Shown piece by piece: positions 9,580 through 18,684 of a stretch of DNA of 64,000 bases. Numbering within the stretch: the first letter of the stretch is position 1; each line of letters begins with the position of its first letter. The stretch is from IMG/VR virus record IMGVR_UViG_3300032335_000935, positions 4,090-68,089 of that record. One strand, 5' to 3'. The translations under genes were made by a program, and so were the position numbers. The DNA is from a virus. The notes beneath the pieces were generated by a model. That model worked only from the letters and a program-made list of their open reading frames with translations. It was not told the DNA's origin and did not search any database.

Positions 9580-10467
9580 ATGAAAATCAAAGTCAGTGAA
9601 ATATTTTATTCTGCGCAAGGCGAAGGACGCTTTATTGGTGTTCCTAGTGTTTTCCTTAGAACGTTCGGATGCAATTTTACTTGCGCGGGCTTTGGCTGCG
9701 CTCCCGGATCAGTATCTACAGAAGCCGATGAGGTGGCAAAGAACATTCATCTTTACAAAGACTTCAACAGCTTGCCTCTGGTCAATACCGGCTGCGACAG
9801 TTATGCTAGCTGGCACCCGGCATTTAAAGAACTCAGTCCCAATCTAGACACTGTTGACTTGGTAGATCGCATGTTGGCGTTGACCCCCAATCAACACTGG
9901 GTACAACACAACGGCAACGATGTACATCTTGTGATCACAGGCGGTGAGCCTTTGTTGGGTTGGCAGCGAGCATACGAAGAACTGCTGAATCATGACGCCA
10001 TGCGTGATCTACAAAATTTAACTTTTGAAACCAATGGCACTCAAACACTGCAACCCAAATTCAGACAGTTCTTGTTGAACTGGAGTTTGAACAGTACCAA
10101 AAACTCACGCAGTGTGGCACGTGGCTCCAACAACTTGACATTCAGTGTCAGTCCCAAATTGTCAGCATCAGGTGAAAACTGGAGTGATGCTATTTGTCCC
10201 AACGTCATTGCTGACTATCAAGAAATTGGCACAGTGTATCTCAAGTTTGTGCTAGACAGTGAACAGCATTTTGACGAAGTAGATCAGGCTGTGAGTGAGT
10301 TTCGCAGTCAAGGTTTCCGTGGGGTAGTATATGTGATGCCACAGGGCGGCGTAGTCACACCCTATGCTGAAAATCGTGTGCGTGTGGCCGACTGGGCATT
10401 AACCCGTGGCTACAACTACAGTCCCAGACTGCATGTGGATCTCTGGGGCAATGGTTGGGGCAAATGA
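9580..10467 (+). CDS. queE: 7-carboxy-7-deazaguanine synthase-like radical SAM protein (QueE-like, atypical Cys spacing)
   Basis: EIFYSAQGEGRFIGVPSVFLRTFGCNFTCAGFGC matches QueE N-terminal signature (FxSxQGEG...FxRxxGCN) but cluster is Cx3Cx4C. Confidence 0.65.
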   Translation: MKIKVSEIFYSAQGEGRFIGVPSVFLRTFGCNFTCAGFGCAPGSVSTEADEVAKNIHLYKDFNSLPLVNTGCDSYASWHPAFKELSPNLDTVDLVDRMLALTPNQHWVQHNGNDVHLVITGGEPLLGWQRAYEELLNHDAMRDLQNLTFETNGTQTLQPKFRQFLLNWSLNSTKNSRSVARGSNNLTFSVSPKLSASGENWSDAICPNVIADYQEIGTVYLKFVLDSEQHFDEVDQAVSEFRSQGFRGVVYVMPQGGVVTPYAENRVRVADWALTRGYNYSPRLHVDLWGNGWGK

Positions 10468-10919
10468 CCCCGGACGTGATGTTAGGAGCGTTAGATATGT
10501 TTGATAAACTCAAAGGTTGGTTTGGCAAAAATGCTCAGGTAAATCCTCCGCCTGCTCAATCAAGACCTGAGCCCCCACCAAGCCCTCCCAAAAAGAAGGA
10601 ATCTGTCAAAACAGAAAAAGAGTTGGCCACAGAACGCGGGGAACCATGGATACAAGTTTTGCGCATTGATGTAGATCCTGAAAATCTACATCAGGGTGCG
10701 TTTGAACTGGACTGGAACGAGATCTTTGTGGCCCGCTTGGTCAAAGCTGGTTACATGATCAAACGTGAAGACACTGATGCTGAAATAGTGGATCGCTGGT
10801 TTCAAAATGTATGCAGACACGTTGTGATGGAGACTTGGGAACAAGAGCAGGCCATCAAACAATCCGGTATCTACGTACAGAGCAGAGATATAGGTGGAGG
10901 TCGGAGTGCAGTATCATGA
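10455..10919 (+). CDS. hypothetical protein (Pro-rich N-terminus)
   Basis: ORF track. Confidence 0.4.
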   Translation: MGQMTPDVMLGALDMFDKLKGWFGKNAQVNPPPAQSRPEPPPSPPKKKESVKTEKELATERGEPWIQVLRIDVDPENLHQGAFELDWNEIFVARLVKAGYMIKREDTDAEIVDRWFQNVCRHVVMETWEQEQAIKQSGIYVQSRDIGGGRSAVS

Positions 10920-11164
10920 GCATGCACTCACGCGAGCAAGCACAAGAATTTCTACGACAACTGGGACTGTTACGTCGGCGGCGGGTGCTAGAAGGCACTG
11001 AACGTGATCAAACCATGACCATGTTGCGACTGATTGGTCCAGGTGAACAATCAAACAATCAACGTTTTTTCAGTGAGACTTGGCAAGTGGGTCATATCAT
11101 GTACTGTCATACCACAGGTCAAGACATTGACGAATTGGAAGAAATAATTGACGATGATCTTTAA
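10914..11164 (+). CDS. hypothetical protein
   Basis: ATGA overlap start at 10914 chosen over 10811. Confidence 0.35.
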
Positions 11165-11630
11165 TCATATCAAACAACTCAAATCAGAAGGCAAAAGGAT
11201 TGGCATCACTTTTTCAACCTTTGACATGCTGCATGCAGGACACATTGCCATGCTGAGTGAAGCCAAGAACCACTGTGATTACCTCATTGCTGGCTTGCAA
11301 ACAGATCCCACAATTGATAGGCCCGACACTAAGAATCGCCCTGTGCAAAGCATTGTTGAGCGACAAATACAGCTGGCCGCATGTCGTTATGTTGATGAAG
11401 TTGTTGTTTATCAAACTGAACAAGATCTACGAGACCTGTTGTTGATTCTGCCAGTAGACGTGCGTATACTAGGTGTAGAGTACGAAGGCAAGAATTTCAG
11501 TGGCGACGAAGAATGTTGGAAACGCAATATTGAGATTGTGTTTAACGGGCGTGACCACTCATTCTCATCCAGCAGCCTTCGCAAACGTGTGGTAGCTGCT
11601 GAAACAGAAAAAGTTTTATTGCAAAAATGA
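11148..11630 (+). CDS. cytidylyltransferase-like nucleotidyltransferase (HxGH motif)
   Basis: GITFSTFDMLHAGH = (T/H)xGH nucleotidyltransferase signature of CTP:glycerol-3-P cytidylyltransferase / RfaE-II family. Confidence 0.7.
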   Translation: MTMIFNHIKQLKSEGKRIGITFSTFDMLHAGHIAMLSEAKNHCDYLIAGLQTDPTIDRPDTKNRPVQSIVERQIQLAACRYVDEVVVYQTEQDLRDLLLILPVDVRILGVEYEGKNFSGDEECWKRNIEIVFNGRDHSFSSSSLRKRVVAAETEKVLLQK

Positions 11631-12340
11631 TTTTGTACGTCAACGGCGACAGTCACAGTGTGGGCCATGGTACCGCATATCATGCCGGCATGTGTTTTGA
11701 TGACACTAAGACCAAACATCTGGGAGAGGCACCACATCCAGAAAACTTTCCACACAGCTATGGCGCATTATTGGCCAACCAACTTGACACTAATCTGGTG
11801 TGTCAAGCCCTGAGTGGCGGCAGCTTGGATCGAGCCATCCGCACCACCAAAACTTTTGTGTATCAATCTCAAGGACCAGTTTTTGTGTTGTTGGGTGTGC
11901 CTAGCTGGGAACGCACAGAAAAGTTCTACCACTATTCATGGTGGCCCATTAATTTTACTGGTCACGAACCCTTGCCGCCTGGACTGCATGCGTGGTACAA
12001 AAATTGGATCCTAGAATGGCAACGTGGCAGCATGCGGTACTATCATGATCAACCAGGTTTGCATCAACAACTGATTGATTTTCATGAGTGGTTAAACCAA
12101 CACAGCATCAAACATTTGTTTTTCAACACTGCACAGAGTTTTGTGACAGATGGTAGATTTGAACCATACGACTGGCAGGGGTGTTTCCTAACTCCGTATG
12201 GTGATCATACCACGCCCACTCACTATTTGAACTGGTGCCTTGACCAAGGGTTCCAGGACGACGAATACGGGCATTTTGGTAAAGATGCACATCGGGCCTG
12301 GGCCCAGCATCTGCTACCGCATATTCAGGCACTACTATGA
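11627..12340 (+). CDS. SGNH/GDSL-like hydrolase family protein (paralog B)
   Basis: MILYVNGDSHS (GDS block) and C-terminal DAHRAWAQHLL; tandem paralog of next gene. Confidence 0.5.
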   Translation: MILYVNGDSHSVGHGTAYHAGMCFDDTKTKHLGEAPHPENFPHSYGALLANQLDTNLVCQALSGGSLDRAIRTTKTFVYQSQGPVFVLLGVPSWERTEKFYHYSWWPINFTGHEPLPPGLHAWYKNWILEWQRGSMRYYHDQPGLHQQLIDFHEWLNQHSIKHLFFNTAQSFVTDGRFEPYDWQGCFLTPYGDHTTPTHYLNWCLDQGFQDDEYGHFGKDAHRAWAQHLLPHIQALL

Positions 12341-13041
12341 TCTTGTATGTCAACGGCGACAGTCATGCTGCTGCGGCCGAAGTTGTAAACGCCCATTCCT
12401 GGGCCTGTGATGACGGAGCATTATGGCAATGTGGACGAGAGCCACATCCCGACAATGCGCGAGCCAGTTTTGGGTGCGAACTGGCCAATCATTTATGGGC
12501 AGTGTTGGAGTTGCAAGCACAAGCCGGTTGCAGCAATGCTCGAATCATGAGAACCACACGACAGTGGATTGATCAAAACCCTGATCTTATTGGTCAATGT
12601 TTCATGGTGATTCAATGGACTACTTGGGAACGAGAAGAGTGGTGGCACGATGGCAAGGACTATCAAGTCAATGCGTCGGGCATTGACACCGTGCCTCCCG
12701 AACTTCAGGATCGCTATCGCCAGTTTGTAATTGATGTAGATTGGGAAAGTGCCCGTGCTCAAGCACATCAAGACATCTGGGAATTTCATTGCGAGCTTGA
12801 TCGTTTGGGTGTCCGACATGTGATGTTCAATGGCAACAACCATTTTGAAGGAATTGAGCACAAACTGGATTGGGGCACCAGTTATATTGCACCCTATGAC
12901 TCAACCAAAACTTATGATTCAGTATTACGACAACAAGGTTTTGGTACAGTAAATCCACAAAGTTGGCATTTTGGGCCCAAAGCCCATTGCTTTTGGGCAG
13001 AATATCTGCTACAATACATCAAGAGCAACCAACTACTGTGA
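12337..13041 (+). CDS. SGNH/GDSL-like hydrolase family protein (paralog C)
   Basis: MILYVNGDSHA, C-terminal KAHCFWAEYLL; same N-terminal 10 aa as upstream paralog. Confidence 0.5.
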   Translation: MILYVNGDSHAAAAEVVNAHSWACDDGALWQCGREPHPDNARASFGCELANHLWAVLELQAQAGCSNARIMRTTRQWIDQNPDLIGQCFMVIQWTTWEREEWWHDGKDYQVNASGIDTVPPELQDRYRQFVIDVDWESARAQAHQDIWEFHCELDRLGVRHVMFNGNNHFEGIEHKLDWGTSYIAPYDSTKTYDSVLRQQGFGTVNPQSWHFGPKAHCFWAEYLLQYIKSNQLL

Positions 13042-13045
13042 CCAC

Positions 13046-14131
13046 ATGAAATACCTTATAATTGACACTGCCAACATGTTTTTTCGTGCCCGGCATTCAG
13101 CACATCGTGCTTCGGACACATGGACCAAGTTGGGGTTTGCACTGCATGTCACGCTGATGGCTGCCAACAAAGTGGCCCGTAAATTTGAGCCTGACCATGT
13201 CATATTTGCACTGGAAGGTCGTTCGTGGCGCAAAGATCACTACCGTCCCTACAAGGCCAATCGTGCCGTGGCACGTGATGCCATGACAGAAACCGAAGCA
13301 GAAGAGGACAAACTGTTTTGGGAAACTTATGACCAGTTGTGTCAGTATCTTGGCACCCGTACCAATTGCAGTGTGATTCGCTGTGCCACTGCCGAAGCTG
13401 ATGACATCATTGCTCGCTGGATTGCCTTGCATCCACAGGATCAGCACACCATTGTCAGCAGTGACTCAGACTTTGTGCAACTGGTTGCGCCCAATGTTTG
13501 CCTCTACAATGGCATCAACGATCACTTGTTCACTGTCAGCGGGGTGGAGGATGACAAAGGTCGATCATTGAAATTCACAGTCAAAAGTGACAGCAAGATC
13601 AAAGTTGAGAAACATGATCCTGACTTTGTTGCCCCTGTGGATTATCATCGTTGGGCATTGTTCTTGAAGTGTGTGCGTGGTGATCCCGGCGACAATGTGT
13701 TTTCGGCCTACCCTGGTGCACCTATCAAAGGCAGCAAGAATCGCGTGGGTTTGACCGAAGCGTTCGAAGATCGTGGCCGTCGTGGCTATGCTTGGAACAA
13801 TCTCATGCTTCAGCGTTGGACTGACCACAACAATCAAGAACACAAGGTCTTGGACGACTACGACCGCAACCGTGTGTTGATTGATCTTACTGCACAGCCT
13901 GACACAGTCAAACAGGTTGTAGATGAATGCATACGCCAACAGATCAGTCACCGTGACATAGGTCAAGTAGGCGTGCACTTCATGAAATTCTGCGGCAAAT
14001 ACGAACTCAACAAACTCAGCGAGCATGCTGAAACTCTGAGTCGTTGGATGAACAAAACCTATCAAGGAGCACTGAATGATATTGGCCAAGCCCATAGTAG
14101 CCAACCGCTACTGGATACTCAAGAAGGATGA
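13046..14131 (+). CDS. 5'-3' exonuclease / flap endonuclease (T4 RNase H / T5 D15-like)
   Basis: MKYLIIDTANMFFRA...EADDIIA...acidic clusters typical of PIN-like FEN; start after stop of previous gene. Confidence 0.8.
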   Translation: MKYLIIDTANMFFRARHSAHRASDTWTKLGFALHVTLMAANKVARKFEPDHVIFALEGRSWRKDHYRPYKANRAVARDAMTETEAEEDKLFWETYDQLCQYLGTRTNCSVIRCATAEADDIIARWIALHPQDQHTIVSSDSDFVQLVAPNVCLYNGINDHLFTVSGVEDDKGRSLKFTVKSDSKIKVEKHDPDFVAPVDYHRWALFLKCVRGDPGDNVFSAYPGAPIKGSKNRVGLTEAFEDRGRRGYAWNNLMLQRWTDHNNQEHKVLDDYDRNRVLIDLTAQPDTVKQVVDECIRQQISHRDIGQVGVHFMKFCGKYELNKLSEHAETLSRWMNKTYQGALNDIGQAHSSQPLLDTQEG

Positions 14132-14522
14132 CGAAAAAATTGGTGAAGTAGAAGCCAGTGACTCAGGAGTCACGGTGAAAATCCACAACCAAGTACACCA
14201 GTACAAGACCATACGCATGGCCGGACGCGATGGCAACATTGAGTTCGAAACAGTACCTCGTGCTCGTGCACGAATCACAAACGAAGTATATGGTTATGCA
14301 GTGTCAGGTCGTGTGTACAACCCTGTGTGGGATGTCAAGCATCGATTGCCGCTGTACACACGAGACAACAAGAGCAAATCTTGGTACGCTGCCGGCTGGT
14401 ACAGTATCCAGCAACACCGAAGCTGGCGTGTTACACGCAACCCCAAGTTGATTATGCTACAGCGTTACAAATACCAAGGACCTTTCCATACCGAGGAGCA
14501 AGCACGTGAATCCATTTCGTGA
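14076..14522 (+). CDS. hypothetical protein
   Basis: ORF track. Confidence 0.4.
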   Translation: MILAKPIVANRYWILKKDDEKIGEVEASDSGVTVKIHNQVHQYKTIRMAGRDGNIEFETVPRARARITNEVYGYAVSGRVYNPVWDVKHRLPLYTRDNKSKSWYAAGWYSIQQHRSWRVTRNPKLIMLQRYKYQGPFHTEEQARESIS

Positions 14523-14883
14523 TCAAGAAAAATTTATGCGGGCCTGTGATCAAAGCACAGACCATTTCAACGGCACACAGTTTGACATGTACTGTGCTTT
14601 GATTGATGAAGAAGTGGGCGAACTGCACACTGCTTTAGAAACCTTGGATGTAGAGAACGACGTCAATATTCTTGACGCCTTGATTGATATCTTGGTAGTG
14701 ACCACTGGTGCTATACACAGCATGGGCGCCGATGCTGAAGGCGCTTGGAAGGAAGTCATGCGTACTAACTTTGCCAAGATTGACCGAGAAACTGGCAAAG
14801 TTCGCAAGCGCGAAGATGGCAAAGTATTGAAGCCACAAGGATGGACGCCGCCCGATCTCAAACCATTTGTGCGCAAGTCATGA
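14506..14883 (+). CDS. mazG: MazG-like nucleotide pyrophosphohydrolase
   Basis: ALIDEEVGELHTALE (EExGE), small all-alpha NTP-PPase pattern. Confidence 0.75.
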   Translation: MNPFRDQEKFMRACDQSTDHFNGTQFDMYCALIDEEVGELHTALETLDVENDVNILDALIDILVVTTGAIHSMGADAEGAWKEVMRTNFAKIDRETGKVRKREDGKVLKPQGWTPPDLKPFVRKS

Positions 14884-15107
14884 GTTTGCATATCAACAGA
14901 TTTGTGGATGCCATCAAGGCTGTGGAAGCACGTGGCGGGCGAGACTTGACCATGAGCCTGCGCGATGCCAAGGACTTGCACAGTGACATCACCAAATTGT
15001 TACTGAGTCTAGAACGCATGCGAGAAGCCTTGGTTCGCCCGCAAAGCACTGGCCAACAGGACGTCACAGTGGTAGAATGGAGCGGAGGCAACTTCAAAAA
15101 CTCCTAG
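14880..15107 (+). CDS. hypothetical protein
   Basis: ATGA overlap start. Confidence 0.35.
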   Translation: MSLHINRFVDAIKAVEARGGRDLTMSLRDAKDLHSDITKLLLSLERMREALVRPQSTGQQDVTVVEWSGGNFKNS

Positions 15108-15135
15108 TTTATGACATAAATAAAACTAGGAGATA

Positions 15136-15426
15136 ATGATGAGTAGACCCAAGCCACAGGTACTGATTGAAAATACCAACAAGCAGACTTACAAAACCGA
15201 GCAAGTTCTGGCCAGCGAGGGTGTATGGGCAGTGTTCTACGACAGCAAGCCCATCAATCTCAAGACCAGCAATTTGTTGACTCAATACCCCGGTCCCAAG
15301 TACAAAAAGGTCAGTTTTTCAAATCCCGGGCATGCTAGAAACCTAGCCCGCAAACTCAACACACAGTTCAAGACTGATCGTTTCACTGTGGTATTGCTGA
15401 CCCAGGGCAGCACCATTTATCCATGA
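15136..15426 (+). CDS. hypothetical protein
   Basis: RBS AGGAGA upstream. Confidence 0.4.
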   Translation: MMSRPKPQVLIENTNKQTYKTEQVLASEGVWAVFYDSKPINLKTSNLLTQYPGPKYKKVSFSNPGHARNLARKLNTQFKTDRFTVVLLTQGSTIYP

Positions 15427-16658
15427 TTAGAATTTACGCTCACAGAGACCCCAAAACTGGCAACTGGCTCAGTCCCAACGAACATGCTGGCTTATGGGCA
15501 TGTCGCAAGAGTGTGGGGTGGCAAACTCATCAGTTTGTGCCACAACTGCAAGCACTGCGTGACAGCGATCGCTGGTTTGAATTTCGAGAATACGATCAAG
15601 GTGCCAAGGGCCGCGGCATATATCTTGTGTTTTGCGGCAACAAAGACGACTTGCAGGAATGTACAGGGCTGGCAGCACTCAGCACCGAAGTGCGCAATCG
15701 CATCAATGCTGGGGATCTAGATCTCTTGGTGGTGTTTACACACGAAGGGTTTGACGACTGGACTCTCAAAGAGTGGCAGAACTATTTTTGTACCCATTTA
15801 GGACAAATTGGCCTCACACGAGCCAATTCGGTCAAGGTATTGCTGGGTGTCAACAGCTTAGAAATGAGCAATCATCGTGACTGGCGAGTGCAGTGGATCT
15901 ATTATCCCTTTATTGAAGCTTTGACGCAAACGCAGGCCTTGCGAGTGTTTCGCGATCAAGAGCTGCCTGGCACAGATTTTACTGGGCGTCGTCACCGATT
16001 CCTTAGTCTGGGCGGTGTGATGCGAGTGCACAGACTGATCATGACCATGTATCTAGAATACCTTGGCATTACTGAACATGCCTACATCAGCATGCAGCCC
16101 ACTCATTTGCCCTGGGATCACTACGTAGAAAAAAACAACAACATGCACTATGGCATTGCCTGCAATGCTGAGTTCAAAAAGTTTCTAGACACCAACAAAA
16201 TCCCCAGTGGTAGCTATGCCAACAGCAATGATCGTCATCGTGACAGCCATGTGTCAGGTTGGTTCAACACTGATGCCTACTATCGCGAAGGCTGTGTGGA
16301 CCTTGTGCAAGAAACACACTATGCCATGTGGAACTGTACTTTTCTCACTGAAAAGACCTATCGTCCCATGGTGTATGGATTGCCGTTCATGATCAATGGC
16401 TGCCGCAGTAGCCTTGACACTTTGCGTAGAGAAGGTTACCAAACGTTCCCTGAGCTCTGGGACGAAGGTTATCAGGATCTCATGGCCGGTATCAATCCCA
16501 TAATGCACATTGGTGATCAGCTCAAAAAGTTTGTTGAGCGAGATGACTTCTATGAAGTACTCAACAGTGCGCCTATACAAGAAAAACTACGTCACAACCA
16601 ACAGTTGTTCTTTGCCAGAAATCACGCTCAACTGCTACACGATGCCTTGTCACAATGA
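15423..16658 (+). CDS. putative glycosyltransferase (GT10-like TEK motif)
   Basis: CTFLTEKTYRPMVYGLPFMING resembles fucosyltransferase-type TEK..G..P motif. Confidence 0.45.
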   Translation: MIRIYAHRDPKTGNWLSPNEHAGLWACRKSVGWQTHQFVPQLQALRDSDRWFEFREYDQGAKGRGIYLVFCGNKDDLQECTGLAALSTEVRNRINAGDLDLLVVFTHEGFDDWTLKEWQNYFCTHLGQIGLTRANSVKVLLGVNSLEMSNHRDWRVQWIYYPFIEALTQTQALRVFRDQELPGTDFTGRRHRFLSLGGVMRVHRLIMTMYLEYLGITEHAYISMQPTHLPWDHYVEKNNNMHYGIACNAEFKKFLDTNKIPSGSYANSNDRHRDSHVSGWFNTDAYYREGCVDLVQETHYAMWNCTFLTEKTYRPMVYGLPFMINGCRSSLDTLRREGYQTFPELWDEGYQDLMAGINPIMHIGDQLKKFVERDDFYEVLNSAPIQEKLRHNQQLFFARNHAQLLHDALSQ

Positions 16659-17038
16659 CACGCTTGGATTTTGCCAATCAAGTCTTGAGCCTTTTGCCAG
16701 CAGACTTGAACTGGACCTTGGAACGAGCACAGCACGATTGGTGGGTAGACAGTCGATCACACAGTGGGTTGAGGCTCACACGCGAAGCACGTGACTTGGC
16801 CAAGAGCGTGGGACTGGATAGTTGGCGTTTTGCGATCGAAGGCAACACACCATTCTTGCCTCGCACCATGCTCACTCTCAACAGCCATCTTGAATGCGCC
16901 TACTGGCTGGAACTCAAACGGCCTCCTGCCATTGAACTGTTTGGTTCACGCGAAGCTGTGATGTTTGGGCTCTATCGTGATATCAATCAGTTTGTGCGAG
17001 CCCTAGGTCGCGAGCCAGGCGCTCGCAATCACGAATAA
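16655..17038 (+). CDS. hypothetical protein
   Basis: ORF track. Confidence 0.4.
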   Translation: MTRLDFANQVLSLLPADLNWTLERAQHDWWVDSRSHSGLRLTREARDLAKSVGLDSWRFAIEGNTPFLPRTMLTLNSHLECAYWLELKRPPAIELFGSREAVMFGLYRDINQFVRALGREPGARNHE

Positions 17039-17957
17039 ATCGTAGTTCCATGATTGTGGGCCAGTCTTCCAGCAAGTGTTCTCGATTGGCTCGAATGCGT
17101 TCACGGTAAGGCTCAAGGTCACGTTGGCCCACAATGAGATCTTGATTCAGTGTCACAGCCTGCTCCACTCTCACTTCATTGGGCATGTAATCATACGTGG
17201 TGTTGACTAAATCATCAAACATATCAAAACCCAGTTCACGGCAGTGTTGTACAATGCCCGCATGCCCAATCACAATGGGTATCTGTCCCGCAGCAAACGC
17301 CATCAGTGTCTTTTCACTCACAATGCCTGGTGCAGTGTTGTATTCAGTTTCGGTCACAATGTTCACAGCCGTGGTACCATACAACCAATTCAGGGCAACA
17401 AAGTTGTCATCGTTTTCAGTGCCGCGGTAGCAACTATAATCCCACTTGGGCAGCGGATGTTCAGAGCCATAGGTCACAATGCCGTTGGGCAGATCACGCA
17501 ATGCCCAATAAGCACGTTGTCGATGTCGACAAGTACGTCCATTGAGGCACTGCCAAGCGCGAGTGCGAGTGTGCTGCATGGCCGGTAACCATTCTGCAGA
17601 TCTTGCGCTCAGCGCCTGACAGATATCGTAGTTGTGATTGCTGAACTCAATGAGATTGACTGGTCCTGAATACACTTGATCCAGCCCGTGATTCCAGTAA
17701 GTCACAACCACACGATTGCTGTTGGCTCCGTATTTGGCTTCAACTTTTTCAAGTTCAAGCACACGCCCATCCCGTATGTTCACAAAATCTTGAAAATGCA
17801 ACAGCAACAATGTTTTGGGGCCAAACTCAATGTCGGGCAGCTTGAGTGGCCATCCTGATTCAGGATCCACAGGCACATCGTAGCAATTGTACACACAGTG
17901 AAGATCATCAAATCCCACACGACCCAATTGTTCATTGAAGAAAACGCTGTATTGCAT
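16983..17957 (-). CDS. putative glycosyltransferase (GT10-like TEK motif)
   Basis: EYNTAPGIVSEKTLMAFAAGQIPIVIG; start set at MQYSV (17957) because upstream part of ORF is low-complexity. Confidence 0.45.
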   Translation of the reverse strand: MQYSVFFNEQLGRVGFDDLHCVYNCYDVPVDPESGWPLKLPDIEFGPKTLLLLHFQDFVNIRDGRVLELEKVEAKYGANSNRVVVTYWNHGLDQVYSGPVNLIEFSNHNYDICQALSARSAEWLPAMQHTRTRAWQCLNGRTCRHRQRAYWALRDLPNGIVTYGSEHPLPKWDYSCYRGTENDDNFVALNWLYGTTAVNIVTETEYNTAPGIVSEKTLMAFAAGQIPIVIGHAGIVQHCRELGFDMFDDLVNTTYDYMPNEVRVEQAVTLNQDLIVGQRDLEPYRERIRANREHLLEDWPTIMELRFIRDCERLARDLGLAQTD

Positions 17958-17979
17958 GCGGGTACTTATAAATATTTTT

Positions 17980-18684
17980 ATGGAATACTGGAAAAATCCA
18001 ACTGTTGAAATTGCTTGGCCTTCAGAAATTGATGTGTTTGCAGAGCACAGCAAAACACACTGTCTTTTTTACAATCCTGCAGCTCGAGTAGACAGTTTGA
18101 TAACCACTCAAAAATTGTCTGACCTATGTCGTTGGGCCCAGGAGTGGCTCACACAAGATGGCCTTGACGGTTTAATTGCTGAACCACGATGTCATTATGA
18201 TGTTGCCAACTTGGTCAAAATCAATATATGGCTGCACGATATCCGGCAACAGGGCAACGTGAAACCATGGTTGTTGCAAGATCAAGGTGACGGTACTTTG
18301 CAGGCTGGAAATGGTGACACTAGATTAAAATGCCTAGAGCGCATTCCTGAAATTACCACAGTGCATGCATTTGTAAGCACTCGTCGTGAACGGGCCAGTT
18401 TTTATGCTGATCTAGAACCAGTGACAACTTTTAATCAATTTGCCGGCCTGTGTGGGGCTGAGTATGTTGGACAACCGTTCTTGATTAGATTCACTGATGA
18501 ATCTGCACCGTACGGAATTGATTGGTATGAATACGCCAGTACACGAACACGAGCAGTGACCCCAAATCAAGATCAAGCTGTTGACATGTTTGTGCAATAC
18601 ATGCGTGCCAATCCCAACACCGAGATCACACCCGAATGGTTTGATTGTAAGATTGATTGGAACCGCTATGGATCCAATCAATGA
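17980..18684 (+). CDS. hypothetical protein (start uncertain; ORF opens at 17935 with TTG)
   Basis: only long ORF in 18.0-18.7 kb; converges on minus-strand gene. Confidence 0.35.
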   Translation: MEYWKNPTVEIAWPSEIDVFAEHSKTHCLFYNPAARVDSLITTQKLSDLCRWAQEWLTQDGLDGLIAEPRCHYDVANLVKINIWLHDIRQQGNVKPWLLQDQGDGTLQAGNGDTRLKCLERIPEITTVHAFVSTRRERASFYADLEPVTTFNQFAGLCGAEYVGQPFLIRFTDESAPYGIDWYEYASTRTRAVTPNQDQAVDMFVQYMRANPNTEITPEWFDCKIDWNRYGSNQ

